Shown here: piece after piece, positions 27,575 to 36,343 of the stretch
Layout: every line of letters starts with the position of its first letter
Numbering within the stretch: position 1 is the first letter of the stretch
IMG/VR virus record: IMGVR_UViG_3300010206_000012
Coordinates: 1 to 42,635 of that record
Length of the DNA: 42,635 bases
Strand: one strand, 5' to 3'
Source of the DNA: a virus
Lineage: Duplodnaviria > Caudoviricetes
The notes under the pieces: generated by a model
Seen by the model: the letters and a program-made list of their open reading frames with translations, nothing else
The model's database searches: none
Told to the model about the DNA's origin: nothing
Made by a program: the position numbers and the translations under genes

Positions 27575-27804
27575 TTCCGCACCTCGCGGAGCCCCGAAAG
27601 GTGGGCTGGCCTCTGTGCGGGGGGCAGACCTTGGGCGCGTTGCGCCCCCCCCGGGGGTCGCGGCCGGGCGGCAAGGGCGCAGGCCCGCGAAGGGGTGGGG
27701 GCCTTGGCCGAGGCCGCAACAGGCCGCGCGGCGGCTTGCTCCGGCTGATTTCCCATCAACTGCCCGATGCCTTTTTCGTGCTGCGATTTCAAAGGCTTGC
27801 TCAT
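27571..27804 (-). CDS. Small hypothetical ORF spanning a G/C-run element
   Basis: ATGA overlaps at both ends; low-complexity translation. Confidence 0.35.
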   Translation of the reverse strand: MSKPLKSQHEKGIGQLMGNQPEQAAARPVAASAKAPTPSRACALAARPRPPGGAQRAQGLPPAQRPAHLSGLREVRK

Positions 27805-28436
27805 TCCGTCCGATCCTTCGCCGCCGACGCGGCAACGGGCTGCGTTGCAACCTCTTGATTTTGCTGGATTTGGTGCGGCATCGGCGGCGGGCCGAAGCGG
27901 CGCGGCTGCGGGGTGACATCGCGGGCCAGATCACCAGGGCGAACCGCCACCGGAGCAGGGGCATGCAGGTGGATCGGCACCGTCACCTGCGGCGCAGGAT
28001 CCGGCGTGACCTTGCCCAGACCGTAGGGCAGCAGCGCCTCAACCATGCGCAGCTGGGCGGTGAACACGAACTGGAACGCCGCCAGCCGCTGCCCAAGGCT
28101 CGGGGCGGCAGGCGCGCCCTTGTAGGCCGTGGCTCCGGCCTGCGCCCACGCCAGCACCTGTTCGGTGCGCGCCAGCGCCGTGACGAATGCATCTTCGGTC
28201 GAGGCCAGACCGGCAATCTCGATCGCCACATCCTCGGGCATCCGGAACCCACGCGCGGCGCACCAATCGCGCAGCTGCGACGTGGCCTTGCCCTTGCCGC
28301 GCTTGGTCCGCTCGCTGTCGCCCGGCTGCGGCTCATCCGGCAGGAACGTCAGCTGCTCTCCCGCGGCCCGCGCATCCTCGATCCGCTTGCCCGCGTCCCG
28401 CGCCAGTTCCTCGAAGCTGGAATTCGGCTTCGCCAT
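27801..28436 (-). CDS. Putative terminase small subunit
   Basis: Upstream of terL; RGKGKAT N-terminal basic motif, LLPY..K motif, Pro-rich tail. Confidence 0.5.
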   Translation of the reverse strand: MAKPNSSFEELARDAGKRIEDARAAGEQLTFLPDEPQPGDSERTKRGKGKATSQLRDWCAARGFRMPEDVAIEIAGLASTEDAFVTALARTEQVLAWAQAGATAYKGAPAAPSLGQRLAAFQFVFTAQLRMVEALLPYGLGKVTPDPAPQVTVPIHLHAPAPVAVRPGDLARDVTPQPRRFGPPPMPHQIQQNQEVATQPVAASAAKDRTE

Positions 28437-28459
28437 GGTCAAAAACCCCCCTTTTTCGT

Positions 28460-28767
28460 GCCGTTGTGGGTTTTTTCCTTGCGATCACAGTCACTTACGC
28501 CAAGCCACAACGGCGCAAATCTTGCCGTTGTGGGGGCGTTGTGGGCATTTTCCCCTTTACCATCAAGGACTTGATACCTACCCACAACGACACAACGGTA
28601 AATCTCTCTCTCTCCCGTGTGTGCGCACATGCGCGCGCGCGCACACACGTAAGAGGCACAAATCGCCGTTGTGGCGTTGTGGGTGCAGGTCAAGAGGCTG
28701 ATTTCGCGCGGCTTTTCTCCACAACGAGGCCCACAACGGCGGGCTTTTCGAGCGTTGTGGCGTTGTG
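28460..28767. repeat. Iteron array / putative replication origin
   Basis: 12 copies of CACAACG in both orientations around an alternating purine-pyrimidine palindrome; directly downstream of the helicase. Confidence 0.75.
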
Positions 28768-28881
28768 ACCCCAAACCCAGCGGTTCGGCACCGGCGCGCA
28801 ACCCGATCATGGCATATCCGCCCGGGTGCGGGTAGCGAATTTGTTGCCGCGAAATCAAGGTATTGCCAAAATGGTCGCGCG

Positions 28882-30912
28882 TCATCGCCACTCGTCTCCC
28901 CATTCCTCGGGCATCGGCGGCGCTGCAGGCGGAACCGCTTGGGTCGGGGCCCTGTCCATCGGAAACGACATCATGCCGCCCACATTGCGCAGCGGCACAT
29001 AGACGCCGCGTGATCGCTGCCCGGCCAGCGTCAGCGGCTGGCTCACCGGCTCGGCGCCGATGATCCGCTTCGCACTCTGCGCCCAGACGCCGTTTGCCCA
29101 GGTCGAATGCTCGAACAGCTTCTTCAGGCCGGGCAGCGGGGCGTGGGGAATGAACAGCGCCGCCTTGTCGCCGCCGTCGCGCACGCGCAGGCCCACCTTG
29201 GCCAGCTTGTTGTTGGCCTCCTTGGCCGCGGCCTGCCTCAGCTCGTCGTCGATCGTCGCCTGATCGCTGATGCCCGCACAGCTGCCCACCAGTGATTTCG
29301 GCGCGGCTGGCAGCTGCGCGGCCACCTGCACCCATTGCGCCACGGTGAACATCTCGCCGCGCCGGAACACGTCGAACGGCTGGCCCATCAGGTGCATCAG
29401 CATGCTGTCGGCATCCGATCCGATCTCTTCGGTCTCGTGCACCGCCGCGCGCGCCGCCTTGGCCGCCCAGCCTGCCAGCTCCTCGGCGCTTGGCAGCCGC
29501 TCGTGCAGCGCCGCATCAGCCATGGCAAGCGTGGTGGCCCAGTTGTCGCCGTTGCGCCCCGACAGGCCCACCTCGGCCAGCGCCATGCGCCACAGCCCCA
29601 GCCGCTCGGCCCAGCTGGGCCAGCGATCGATCAGCGCCCGCTTCATCACCGCGCCCCAGGTGCGCAGCTTGCGCGCATCGAGGATCAGCTTGGGTGTGGC
29701 CGTATCGAGTGGCCGCAGGTGCAGCGTGATGAGCCTCGATCGATCCTGCGGTCCCATCTGGCCCGGGATCAGGATCGACGAGAACAGGAACGCCGAATAG
29801 ACGTTGCCGCTTGCCCCGGTCTGGTCGGCCGAGCCGCGCAGCCATTGCCCGCCGCTCGCCGCCACACGGGCCAGCTCGATCAGCGCTTTGCCCTTGGCGC
29901 CGCTTTCTTCGTCGGGCTCGATCTCATCCAGCGCCACGGGCAGCGAGGCATGGCCCAGCCGCGCCGTGATCCCGCTTTTCGTCGGGTCATTGGATTGAAC
30001 CAGCCCCTTGTCGCCCCCGTGCAGGTGGCGGATCAGATCCTGGAATGCGCTCTTGCCATAGGCCTTGTCGCCGGTGAGCCAATAGACCGGCCGCCAATCG
30101 AGCGCTCCGCCCATCGCCTGCACGCCCCACATGCCAAGCGCCACCATGGGCATCACCTCCTGGTGCTCCCAGCGCCAGGTCGAAAACATCGCCAGCACCT
30201 CGGGCGCAGGGTCAGATCGCCCCATCGCTGCCGCGGGTTCTGGAATGGGCGGATAGGCCGGATAGATCTTGCCGCCGATCTCGCCGGGGTCTTGCCGCCC
30301 CTCGGGCGTGATCAGGTAGCTGCCGCAGTGATAGATCAGCTTGCCGTCATCATCGCACCAGGCGCCAGCGCCGCGCACCGATCCCTGCGGGTTAAAGAGC
30401 CCGCGCTCGGCGCAGGCTGCCACCATTGTCATCGTCGCGCGCTGTGCGTCGAAGCGGAATTTCTGCGGCTCGGTGCCGCCCTTGCCATAGGTCGGGAAAT
30501 GGCGGCACAGCAGCTGGTTTTTCTCGCCGAAGAGGCTGACGATCGTGCCGTTCTTGTGCTCCTTCACCGCGCGCATCTGGCCGTGGCGATCAAGGTAGTA
30601 GCAATGATCGCCATTCACCCCCAGCGGCTTGACCGGGCATCCCTCCCAGATCTCGCCGCGTGGACGGCCGGGCCCTTTCGGGGGCGGCGCGGCATCTTTC
30701 GGTGTCGCATCGGCCGCGCCCTCGGTCGGGCCAGCGACAATCGGCGCCTCCTCGAGCTCGCGCGCCAGACCCTCCGGCGTCAGTCGCCCTTCGGCAATCG
30801 CCTTGCCTTCCGCCGCGGCCTTGCGCTTTTTGGCATGCATCGCATCAAGCGCGCCCTGCTTGCGGGCCGCGAGCTCGGCCTTGAAATCGACAGGGTCGGG
30901 GGCGTCCGTCAT
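28882..30912 (-). CDS. Replicative helicase / DNA-dependent ATPase (SF3, DUF927-like)
   Basis: Walker A LTGDKAYGKS, Walker B VALDEIE, D.SR motif; C-terminal winged-helix-like region. Confidence 0.72.
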   Translation of the reverse strand: MTDAPDPVDFKAELAARKQGALDAMHAKKRKAAAEGKAIAEGRLTPEGLARELEEAPIVAGPTEGAADATPKDAAPPPKGPGRPRGEIWEGCPVKPLGVNGDHCYYLDRHGQMRAVKEHKNGTIVSLFGEKNQLLCRHFPTYGKGGTEPQKFRFDAQRATMTMVAACAERGLFNPQGSVRGAGAWCDDDGKLIYHCGSYLITPEGRQDPGEIGGKIYPAYPPIPEPAAAMGRSDPAPEVLAMFSTWRWEHQEVMPMVALGMWGVQAMGGALDWRPVYWLTGDKAYGKSAFQDLIRHLHGGDKGLVQSNDPTKSGITARLGHASLPVALDEIEPDEESGAKGKALIELARVAASGGQWLRGSADQTGASGNVYSAFLFSSILIPGQMGPQDRSRLITLHLRPLDTATPKLILDARKLRTWGAVMKRALIDRWPSWAERLGLWRMALAEVGLSGRNGDNWATTLAMADAALHERLPSAEELAGWAAKAARAAVHETEEIGSDADSMLMHLMGQPFDVFRRGEMFTVAQWVQVAAQLPAAPKSLVGSCAGISDQATIDDELRQAAAKEANNKLAKVGLRVRDGGDKAALFIPHAPLPGLKKLFEHSTWANGVWAQSAKRIIGAEPVSQPLTLAGQRSRGVYVPLRNVGGMMSFPMDRAPTQAVPPAAPPMPEEWGDEWR

Positions 30913-30957
30913 GCCGAAACCCTCCGACTTTGAAACATTTCGTGATACGGTCCGGGG

Positions 30958-30986
30958 TTGCAAAATAGTGCCAATGGCACTAATTT
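30958..30986 (+). promoter_or_regulatory. Promoter with perfect palindromic operator
   Basis: TTGCAA-17 bp-TAATTT with TAGTGCCA-A-TGGCACTA (30966-30982) filling the spacer. Confidence 0.75.
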
Positions 30987-31034
30987 AGAGATGTCGCCAG
31001 CGCAATGACGCGCGCCTTTTGAGGAGCCGACATC

Positions 31035-31691
31035 ATGAAGCAATCCCCCATCTACGCCGCCATCTTCAACGCTTGGAAAGCTCGCCCCGGGCAGGCCGTG
31101 CACATCGACACCGCAGAAGTGGCAAAACTCATCCGCGGCCAGTTGAAGGCGAAATTTCCCGCCACCAAGTTCTCCGTGCGGATCTCGCGCTACTCGGGCG
31201 GCAGCTCGATCAACGTCGACTGGATCGATGGACCGATCGCCGCCATGGTCGAACCCATCGCGCGCCAATACAGCGGCGCAGGTTTCGACGGTATGCAGGA
31301 TCTCAAATATTACTTCGGCAACTGGCTCATGCCCGATGGCTCGGCCTCGCTGCGCGAAAGCCCAGAGCGCTGGGGCGTCGAAGCCGAGACCCTCGAGGCC
31401 GAGAAAGACGGCGCCATTCCTGTGAGCTTCGGCGGCTGTTTCATCTTCTGCCATCGCGAAATCTCGATCGAGGCGATGCGCCGCGCCCTCGCCAGCTATG
31501 CGGCGCGCTACCGTGGCGACGATCTCGCCGACGCAATTCAAGCCGGAAAGGTGGGCGTCGAGGCTAGCCAATGGGGCGGCTGGCGGTTCTTTGGCGAGCC
31601 CTACGGCTATTCCGGCGTGGGCGCGGGATCGCAGTATGGCGGCGACGCGGTGCTGCGCTCCTGGGCGGCGCGCCGAATGCTGGCCGCGTGA
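31035..31691 (+). CDS. LPD29 (large polyvalent protein domain 29) protein
   Basis: AKLIR..LK..FP..KFSVR...YSGGSSI.V.W.DGP...Y....FDGM.D; GAGGAG RBS. Confidence 0.75.
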   Translation: MKQSPIYAAIFNAWKARPGQAVHIDTAEVAKLIRGQLKAKFPATKFSVRISRYSGGSSINVDWIDGPIAAMVEPIARQYSGAGFDGMQDLKYYFGNWLMPDGSASLRESPERWGVEAETLEAEKDGAIPVSFGGCFIFCHREISIEAMRRALASYAARYRGDDLADAIQAGKVGVEASQWGGWRFFGEPYGYSGVGAGSQYGGDAVLRSWAARRMLAA

Positions 31692-31757
31692 TCCTTTGGT
31701 GCGGGGCGAGCAGATCGCCCCCATCCCAAGGACCAGATCTGAACTAGGAGAAATCAG

Positions 31758-31913
31758 ATGAAACGGAGTGTTTTCGAGAAAAACGGCAAGGCCTACCAGC
31801 GGGCAGAATTCGACAGCTTCGAAGAGCTTGAGGCCTTTTTCGTTGCCCAGATCCTGGGCGGCCCCTACAAAAGCAAGGTGATCGGCAAGGTGCTGATCTA
31901 CTGGAGCGCCTGA
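31758..31913 (+). CDS. 51-aa hypothetical protein (below the ORF-track cutoff)
   Basis: AGGAG RBS; MKRSVFEKNGKAYQRAEFDSFEELEAFFVAQILGGPYKSKVIGKVLIYWSA. Confidence 0.7.
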   Translation: MKRSVFEKNGKAYQRAEFDSFEELEAFFVAQILGGPYKSKVIGKVLIYWSA

Positions 31914-31916
31914 TCC

Positions 31917-32123
31917 ATGACCCCCGCCGAATTCAAGGCTGCCCGTGTCAGCCTCGGCCTGACGCAAGCCCAGCTTGGCGTCATTCTCGACACCAACCCG
32001 ACGACAATCCGCCGCTGGGAAGCCGCGCCGGATCAAAGCATGGCGCGCCCGCCCAATCCGGTGGCGTGCCAGGTGCTGCGCTGGATGCTCAACGGCTTTC
32101 GCCCGCCGGAATTCCCCGCCTGA
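31917..32123 (+). CDS. XRE-type HTH protein, Aca-like
   Basis: MTPAEFKAARVSLGLTQAQLG..L....TIRRWEAA; last gene of a small operon with a palindromic operator. Confidence 0.8.
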   Translation: MTPAEFKAARVSLGLTQAQLGVILDTNPTTIRRWEAAPDQSMARPPNPVACQVLRWMLNGFRPPEFPA

Positions 32124-32125
32124 CA

Positions 32126-32299
32126 TCACTTTCCCCCGACCAGCTTGCCGTCGTTCTCGGCGCAATTGGCCGGGTGCGGGTGGCCCTCAAACGTGCCGCA
32201 GGTCGGGCAGTGGCTTCGCACCGGCGCAGCAGCCTGCGGAATGGCCTCGATCTCGCGGCGCGAGTGCGGGGCGTCGAGCGCGTCACGATCCCAGCGCAT
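32126..32299 (-). CDS. 57-aa Cys/His small protein (not in the ORF track)
   Basis: MRWDRDALD...HCPTCGTFEGHPHPANC...GGK*; TGATG coupling. Confidence 0.5.
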   Translation of the reverse strand: MRWDRDALDAPHSRREIEAIPQAAAPVRSHCPTCGTFEGHPHPANCAENDGKLVGGK

Positions 32300-32457
32300 C
32301 ATTCCCGCTCCGCTTTGGCGGCGGCAACATCGGGCGGCACAAAGCCCAGATCCTCGTCGATCAGCTCTTCATCGATCGGCCCTTCGAGCGCCTCGACCAG
32401 CCAGCCAAACCAGTGCGCCGCCAGCGCTGCAGCTGCTGCAACAAACTCGCCCATCAT
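32299..32457 (-). CDS. Small hypothetical protein
   Basis: ATGA-coupled to the primase; hydrophobic N-terminus, acidic C-terminus. Confidence 0.45.
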   Translation of the reverse strand: MMGEFVAAAAALAAHWFGWLVEALEGPIDEELIDEDLGFVPPDVAAAKAERE

Positions 32458-33596
32458 GCCTCCTCGTCCCTCGCCTGCGCCAGTTTCAGCGCGTCGTTGA
32501 TGTCCTTGCCGCCATGCAGGTTGCGCCACAGCCGCACGGTGCGGCCCTGGGCGCAGAACTGTGCGGCCGCCCTGTCAGTGACCGCGCGGGTTTCCGGGGC
32601 AGCGTCCTGATCCGCCACGAAAACCACTTCCGAAATCGCTTCGGGCAGTCGCAGATTGGCGAAGTTGGTATTGGCGATCGCTGCCATCACCCGCGCATGC
32701 GGCAACAGCATCGCAACGCTGAGCGCGTCCTCGATCCCCTCGGTCAGATACACCCGGCTTCCGGGCTCAGCCTCGGACAAGGATTTGCCTCGGCCACCGC
32801 GCGGCCCAAGCCCGCGCCAGATCCGGATTGCCGCGCCCTTGTAATCGCCGTAAACCTTCTTGGGCTTTGGAAGCGGTGCCTTGCCCCAGCGACCGTCAGG
32901 GCCGAGCGCCAGCCAGGTGCGATGGCAGCTCACCGGGTTTCCCGCCATGTCGGTGATCAGCGCCAGCATCGCCGGTGCCTGACCGCGAAACACCTCGCCC
33001 GTCTCCGGATCCGTCTGGTTGTAATTGAGCTGCGGATGATAGCGCAGCGCCTTGGGCTGATGCCCCAGCTGCGCCAGGTCGATGCCACGTGCCGCGCGCA
33101 GATAGGCTTCTACCGGCGTGCCGCTGATCCGCTCCTGTCCAGACAGCCACAGCGCAAAGGCGCGCTTCTGCCGCTGCACATGCTCGGCCCGCGCCGCGCG
33201 CTCGGCCTCGGCGCGTTGCGCCCGGGCCCGATCGGCCGCTTCCTTGCGCCGCGCCACATCCTCGGGGCTGTCGGATTGCAGGCCCAGAAACGACCGCGCC
33301 TCGCGAAACGCCTCCTTCAGGGTGCAGCCCAGATTGAGGGCGATCAGGTCGAGCAGATCGCCCTTCTCGGCGGTGGCGTAATCGTTCCACCGGCCCGCCT
33401 TCGGCCCGTCGATCCACACAACAAAACTGCCCACGCTGCGATCGGGGCGGCCGGGGTTGAGCGTCCAGTAGCCGCCCTTGTCCTCGTAGCTGCCAGGGCA
33501 CGCAGGCGCATAGCGATAGGCAACCTGATGGCGCTGCGCGTGCAGCAAGTCCTTCACGTCTTCCACGCTCAGCGTCTGGCGGGCCGGGGCAGTCAT
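32454..33596 (-). CDS. DNA primase (TOPRIM)
   Basis: W.DYAT..KGDLLDLI, EAYLR.RGI, HRTWL, LTEGIEDALS, FVADQD, GKDINDAL. Confidence 0.88.
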   Translation of the reverse strand: MTAPARQTLSVEDVKDLLHAQRHQVAYRYAPACPGSYEDKGGYWTLNPGRPDRSVGSFVVWIDGPKAGRWNDYATAEKGDLLDLIALNLGCTLKEAFREARSFLGLQSDSPEDVARRKEAADRARAQRAEAERAARAEHVQRQKRAFALWLSGQERISGTPVEAYLRAARGIDLAQLGHQPKALRYHPQLNYNQTDPETGEVFRGQAPAMLALITDMAGNPVSCHRTWLALGPDGRWGKAPLPKPKKVYGDYKGAAIRIWRGLGPRGGRGKSLSEAEPGSRVYLTEGIEDALSVAMLLPHARVMAAIANTNFANLRLPEAISEVVFVADQDAAPETRAVTDRAAAQFCAQGRTVRLWRNLHGGKDINDALKLAQARDEEA

Positions 33597-33853
33597 TTCC
33601 GTCCTGCCCAGATCCGTGCGCAGATCGAGCGCAGGCGCGAAAATGGTTTGACTTCGTGCTGCAAATTCTGGCGCCGCGTAAACGCCTGGGCAAAGGTTGC
33701 CGTTCGCACGCCTTCTCGGTCAAAACAAGTTGTCGGATACGCGATGCTGACACCGCCCTGCGGCATCCAGCCATCATCCAGCGCACGCGCGATTTTTCTT
33801 TCGAAGAGATCCTCCCCCCGACCAGTAATGACTTGATATTCGCTGTCACTCAT
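33593..33853 (-). CDS. DUF1737-like protein
   Basis: YQVITG....F..KI..AL.DGW.PQGGVSI..AQA. Confidence 0.65.
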   Translation of the reverse strand: MSDSEYQVITGRGEDLFERKIARALDDGWMPQGGVSIAYPTTCFDREGVRTATFAQAFTRRQNLQHEVKPFSRLRSICARIWAGRK

Positions 33854-34062
33854 CCCCGCGCCTCCGTCTCGGCGCGCAGGCGGGCGGCCCGGGTGTGGCG
33901 CGACCATTCCCCTGCGGCGCGGGCCAGCGCCTCGGCCTCATCTTCGCCAAGGCCCGCGAAGCCCGGGCCAATGGCGATGTCGCAGCGCACGCCCTCAAAG
34001 GTTTGTCCAAGCGCCCGGTAGGGGTGGGAAGAAAACCGGATGCAACGCGGATCGAAGCTCAT
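33850..34062 (-). CDS. Hypothetical protein
   Basis: Coupled ORF in the early-right operon. Confidence 0.5.
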   Translation of the reverse strand: MSFDPRCIRFSSHPYRALGQTFEGVRCDIAIGPGFAGLGEDEAEALARAAGEWSRHTRAARLRAETEARG

Positions 34063-34063
34063 C

Positions 34064-35146
34064 TCACACCCCATGATCGGCGGCGAGGAACTTCAGCACC
34101 TCGGCCAGCTGCTCGAGCTGCTTGGGGCTTTCCCCGCTCGGCGTCAGTGCAATGAACCGTGCCCGGGCGTCGCGCCCTTCGCAGCCCAGCTCGTCGGCGA
34201 TCACTGCCCAGGGCAGCTCTTTCAGGCGGCCATCGACCAGCACCAGATCGCGCGCAGCCGTCCAGCCGCCCTTCGAGCCGATCGAGCGGTAAAACGTCAG
34301 GGTGCCAGCCCACCAGCCGGGCAAGGGACCAGCGCCGCCCGCGAACGGCGCCGGTTTGGAAGCGGCCCGGCCATCCGGCCCGCCCTCCGGGGCGGTTTTC
34401 ACCACCTCCGCTTCCGCTGCCGGGCTTTTCTCGGCAGCTTCGGGGCTTTGCACCTGCGCCACCGGCTCGGCCGGTTTTTGCGCAGCCACCGCGGGCCCCC
34501 CGGTATTCTTCTTCATCAGCTTGGAATAGATCCGCACGCTGGTGGCGTCGTAGCTGCGGCCAATCTCGGCCGCGATCTGGCGCACCGTCTTGCCCGCGCT
34601 CTTCAGGCGCATCACCAGCGCGTCTTCTGCCTCGGTCCAGGGACCGGCTTTCAGAACCCCGGCCGGGGCAGCTTCGGGGGCCACCTCGGCCGGGGCAGGG
34701 GCTTCCTCGATGACGGACGAGGCCACCCCTTCATCCGCCGCGCAGGGAGGAGGGGGCGCAGCAGGATCCGCTTCATCTTCGATCGGCCAAGCGCCGTCGT
34801 CGTCATCCTCGGCGGCGTCGGGCGCGGGCGACGGGGAAGGGATCACCCCGCCGCCCTCAACGTCCTGCCCGCTCTCGCAGGACGCGCCCTCGCTGGCGGG
34901 TGTCCCGTCCGCCAGCTCCTGCGCCGCCGGGCATCCCCCCGGATCCAGCGGCACAAATTCGGTTTCGCTGCTCTCCGCGGCCTCGATCGGGGCAAGATCG
35001 TCGTCGCCGATCCAAAGCAAATCCCAGCGCCCCATCCAGCTCAGCACGCGCTGCAGCTCGGGCGCGGTCAGGCCGGTGTCGATTAGCTCGAGCAGCGCAG
35101 GCAGGCCGATCGCCTGCCCCTTGAAATGCGAATAGTCAGGCAGCAT
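34064..35146 (-). CDS. Protein with two Myb/SANT-like HTH repeats and acidic linkers
   Basis: GPWTEAEDALV..L...GKT..QIA.EIGRS..A...R and GWTAARDL.L......W..IA.ELG. Confidence 0.6.
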   Translation of the reverse strand: MLPDYSHFKGQAIGLPALLELIDTGLTAPELQRVLSWMGRWDLLWIGDDDLAPIEAAESSETEFVPLDPGGCPAAQELADGTPASEGASCESGQDVEGGGVIPSPSPAPDAAEDDDDGAWPIEDEADPAAPPPPCAADEGVASSVIEEAPAPAEVAPEAAPAGVLKAGPWTEAEDALVMRLKSAGKTVRQIAAEIGRSYDATSVRIYSKLMKKNTGGPAVAAQKPAEPVAQVQSPEAAEKSPAAEAEVVKTAPEGGPDGRAASKPAPFAGGAGPLPGWWAGTLTFYRSIGSKGGWTAARDLVLVDGRLKELPWAVIADELGCEGRDARARFIALTPSGESPKQLEQLAEVLKFLAADHGV

Positions 35147-35459
35147 CCGTTTTCCCTTTCTTGAACACGTCGAGCGCCTCGCCACCGCGGCGGGCGTGAA
35201 ACACCGCAACCACCGCCGCGCCCTCGGCGCGCAGCAGGCTTGCGGAAAGCGTTTCGCCGGGGGCGAGCGCGAGCACCCGCTCGGCCAGCCCCGCAAAGGC
35301 ATCGATCATCGGCAACCCGCGGTTCGCCGCGGGCAACACCAGCGCCAGCTGCGACAGCATCAGCCCGTCCTTGTCCTTCTCGGACCAGGGCCGCACCATC
35401 CACCAGCTCACCAGGTGCAGCAGTGCCATGTCGGCCGATGTCGGGCGCACCGGATCCAT
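35136..35459 (-). CDS. Hypothetical protein
   Basis: Coupled ORF in the early-right operon. Confidence 0.55.
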   Translation of the reverse strand: MDPVRPTSADMALLHLVSWWMVRPWSEKDKDGLMLSQLALVLPAANRGLPMIDAFAGLAERVLALAPGETLSASLLRAEGAAVVAVFHARRGGEALDVFKKGKTDAA

Positions 35460-35554
35460 CAGGCCACCCAACCGAGAAGTTTCACCACAGCGGCGAGCAG
35501 CCCAAAGACAATGATGGCCATGCCGATCGCCTCGAGCGTCGAGATCTCATCCAT
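35459..35554 (-). CDS. 31-aa single-TM peptide
   Basis: MDEISTLEAIGMAIIVFGLLAAVVKLLGWVA; GGAGG RBS; TGATG coupling. Confidence 0.5.
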   Translation of the reverse strand: MDEISTLEAIGMAIIVFGLLAAVVKLLGWVA

Positions 35555-35831
35555 GAATATCAAGCCTCCCTGCATCAGGCGCAGCGGGCTGCGCCGAAAG
35601 CTCCACCGCGCGCGCCAGCCGCGCCCCTTCCTCGGCCAGCCGGGGCGGTTCGCACACCACCACCGGGAACTGCGTCGCGAAGTCTGAAATCGCCCGGCGC
35701 AGCGGATCGCCCGGCTCCAGCAGCTGCTCGGCCTGCTCCTCGAGCACATCGACATCGAGCGCTTCGAGGCGGCCAGCTTTCGCCCCCATCGCCACCGAGA
35801 ACGCGGCCATCTGGCATTTCAGGCGAGACAT
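35547..35831 (-). CDS. Hypothetical protein
   Basis: GGAGG RBS before ATG 35831. Confidence 0.55.
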   Translation of the reverse strand: MSRLKCQMAAFSVAMGAKAGRLEALDVDVLEEQAEQLLEPGDPLRRAISDFATQFPVVVCEPPRLAEEGARLARAVELSAQPAAPDAGRLDIHG

Positions 35832-36040
35832 GGTTTGGCGGCCTCCGGGGGGAAAAATCGGGGGCAGCAGGTGCCGCCCCCGCAGGCTTGAGGCAGGTCC
35901 GCGCATGCCCACGGGGGCGGCCCGGCGCGGCGCGGGCATTGGTCGGGCAGGGCGGTGGCCCCCGAGGTTTCAGTGACCACCACACCTGCCCGGGGCCCCG
36001 CGCGTTCGGCTGCCTGTTTCGCGCGCGCGGGGCCGTTCCG

Positions 36041-36337
36041 TTATTCCGCCGCGATGGGCGGTTCGACGACCCGCCGGGTCGCCAGAATGCTGTCGATCTC
36101 GGCGGCACTCGCCCCCCAGATCAGATGCGCTTCGGTAAGGCCCAGCCCGCGCGCCGCGGAATGGGCGAGCAGGCTGCGCATGTGCCGCGTGCTGGGAATG
36201 TCCCCCGCCGCGCGATACGCGCTCGGCCTGCGCCAGCAATAGGCAGCCTTTGGCTTCTGCCCGCAGACCGCTTCGATCTGGGGCAGGGGGCCGAGCAGCC
36301 GCTCGCACACTTGCAGTGGTGTCAGGTTGTTACTCAT
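36041..36337 (-). CDS. Cro-like regulator
   Basis: Divergent from cI; G....A.CG...A.Y.W......G.IPS......LL..A.GL.LT...L pattern. Confidence 0.7.
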   Translation of the reverse strand: MSNNLTPLQVCERLLGPLPQIEAVCGQKPKAAYCWRRPSAYRAAGDIPSTRHMRSLLAHSAARGLGLTEAHLIWGASAAEIDSILATRRVVEPPIAAE

Positions 36338-36343
36338 CGCCCA

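Noticed and set aside
28460-28767. CRISPR-like array
   Set aside because: Repeats are 7-10 bp, in both orientations and irregularly spaced; no cas genes
3894-30933. Very long plus-strand ORFs (e.g. 3894-6548, 9079-12000, 11955-14699, 16929-19037, 22317-24428)
   Set aside because: Antisense shadows of high-GC minus-strand genes; no motifs or RBS, whereas the minus-strand genes have clear motifs and start/stop coupling
30909-32165. 418-aa minus-strand ORF continuing the replication operon
   Set aside because: Antisense to three plus-strand genes that have RBSs, motifs and a promoter
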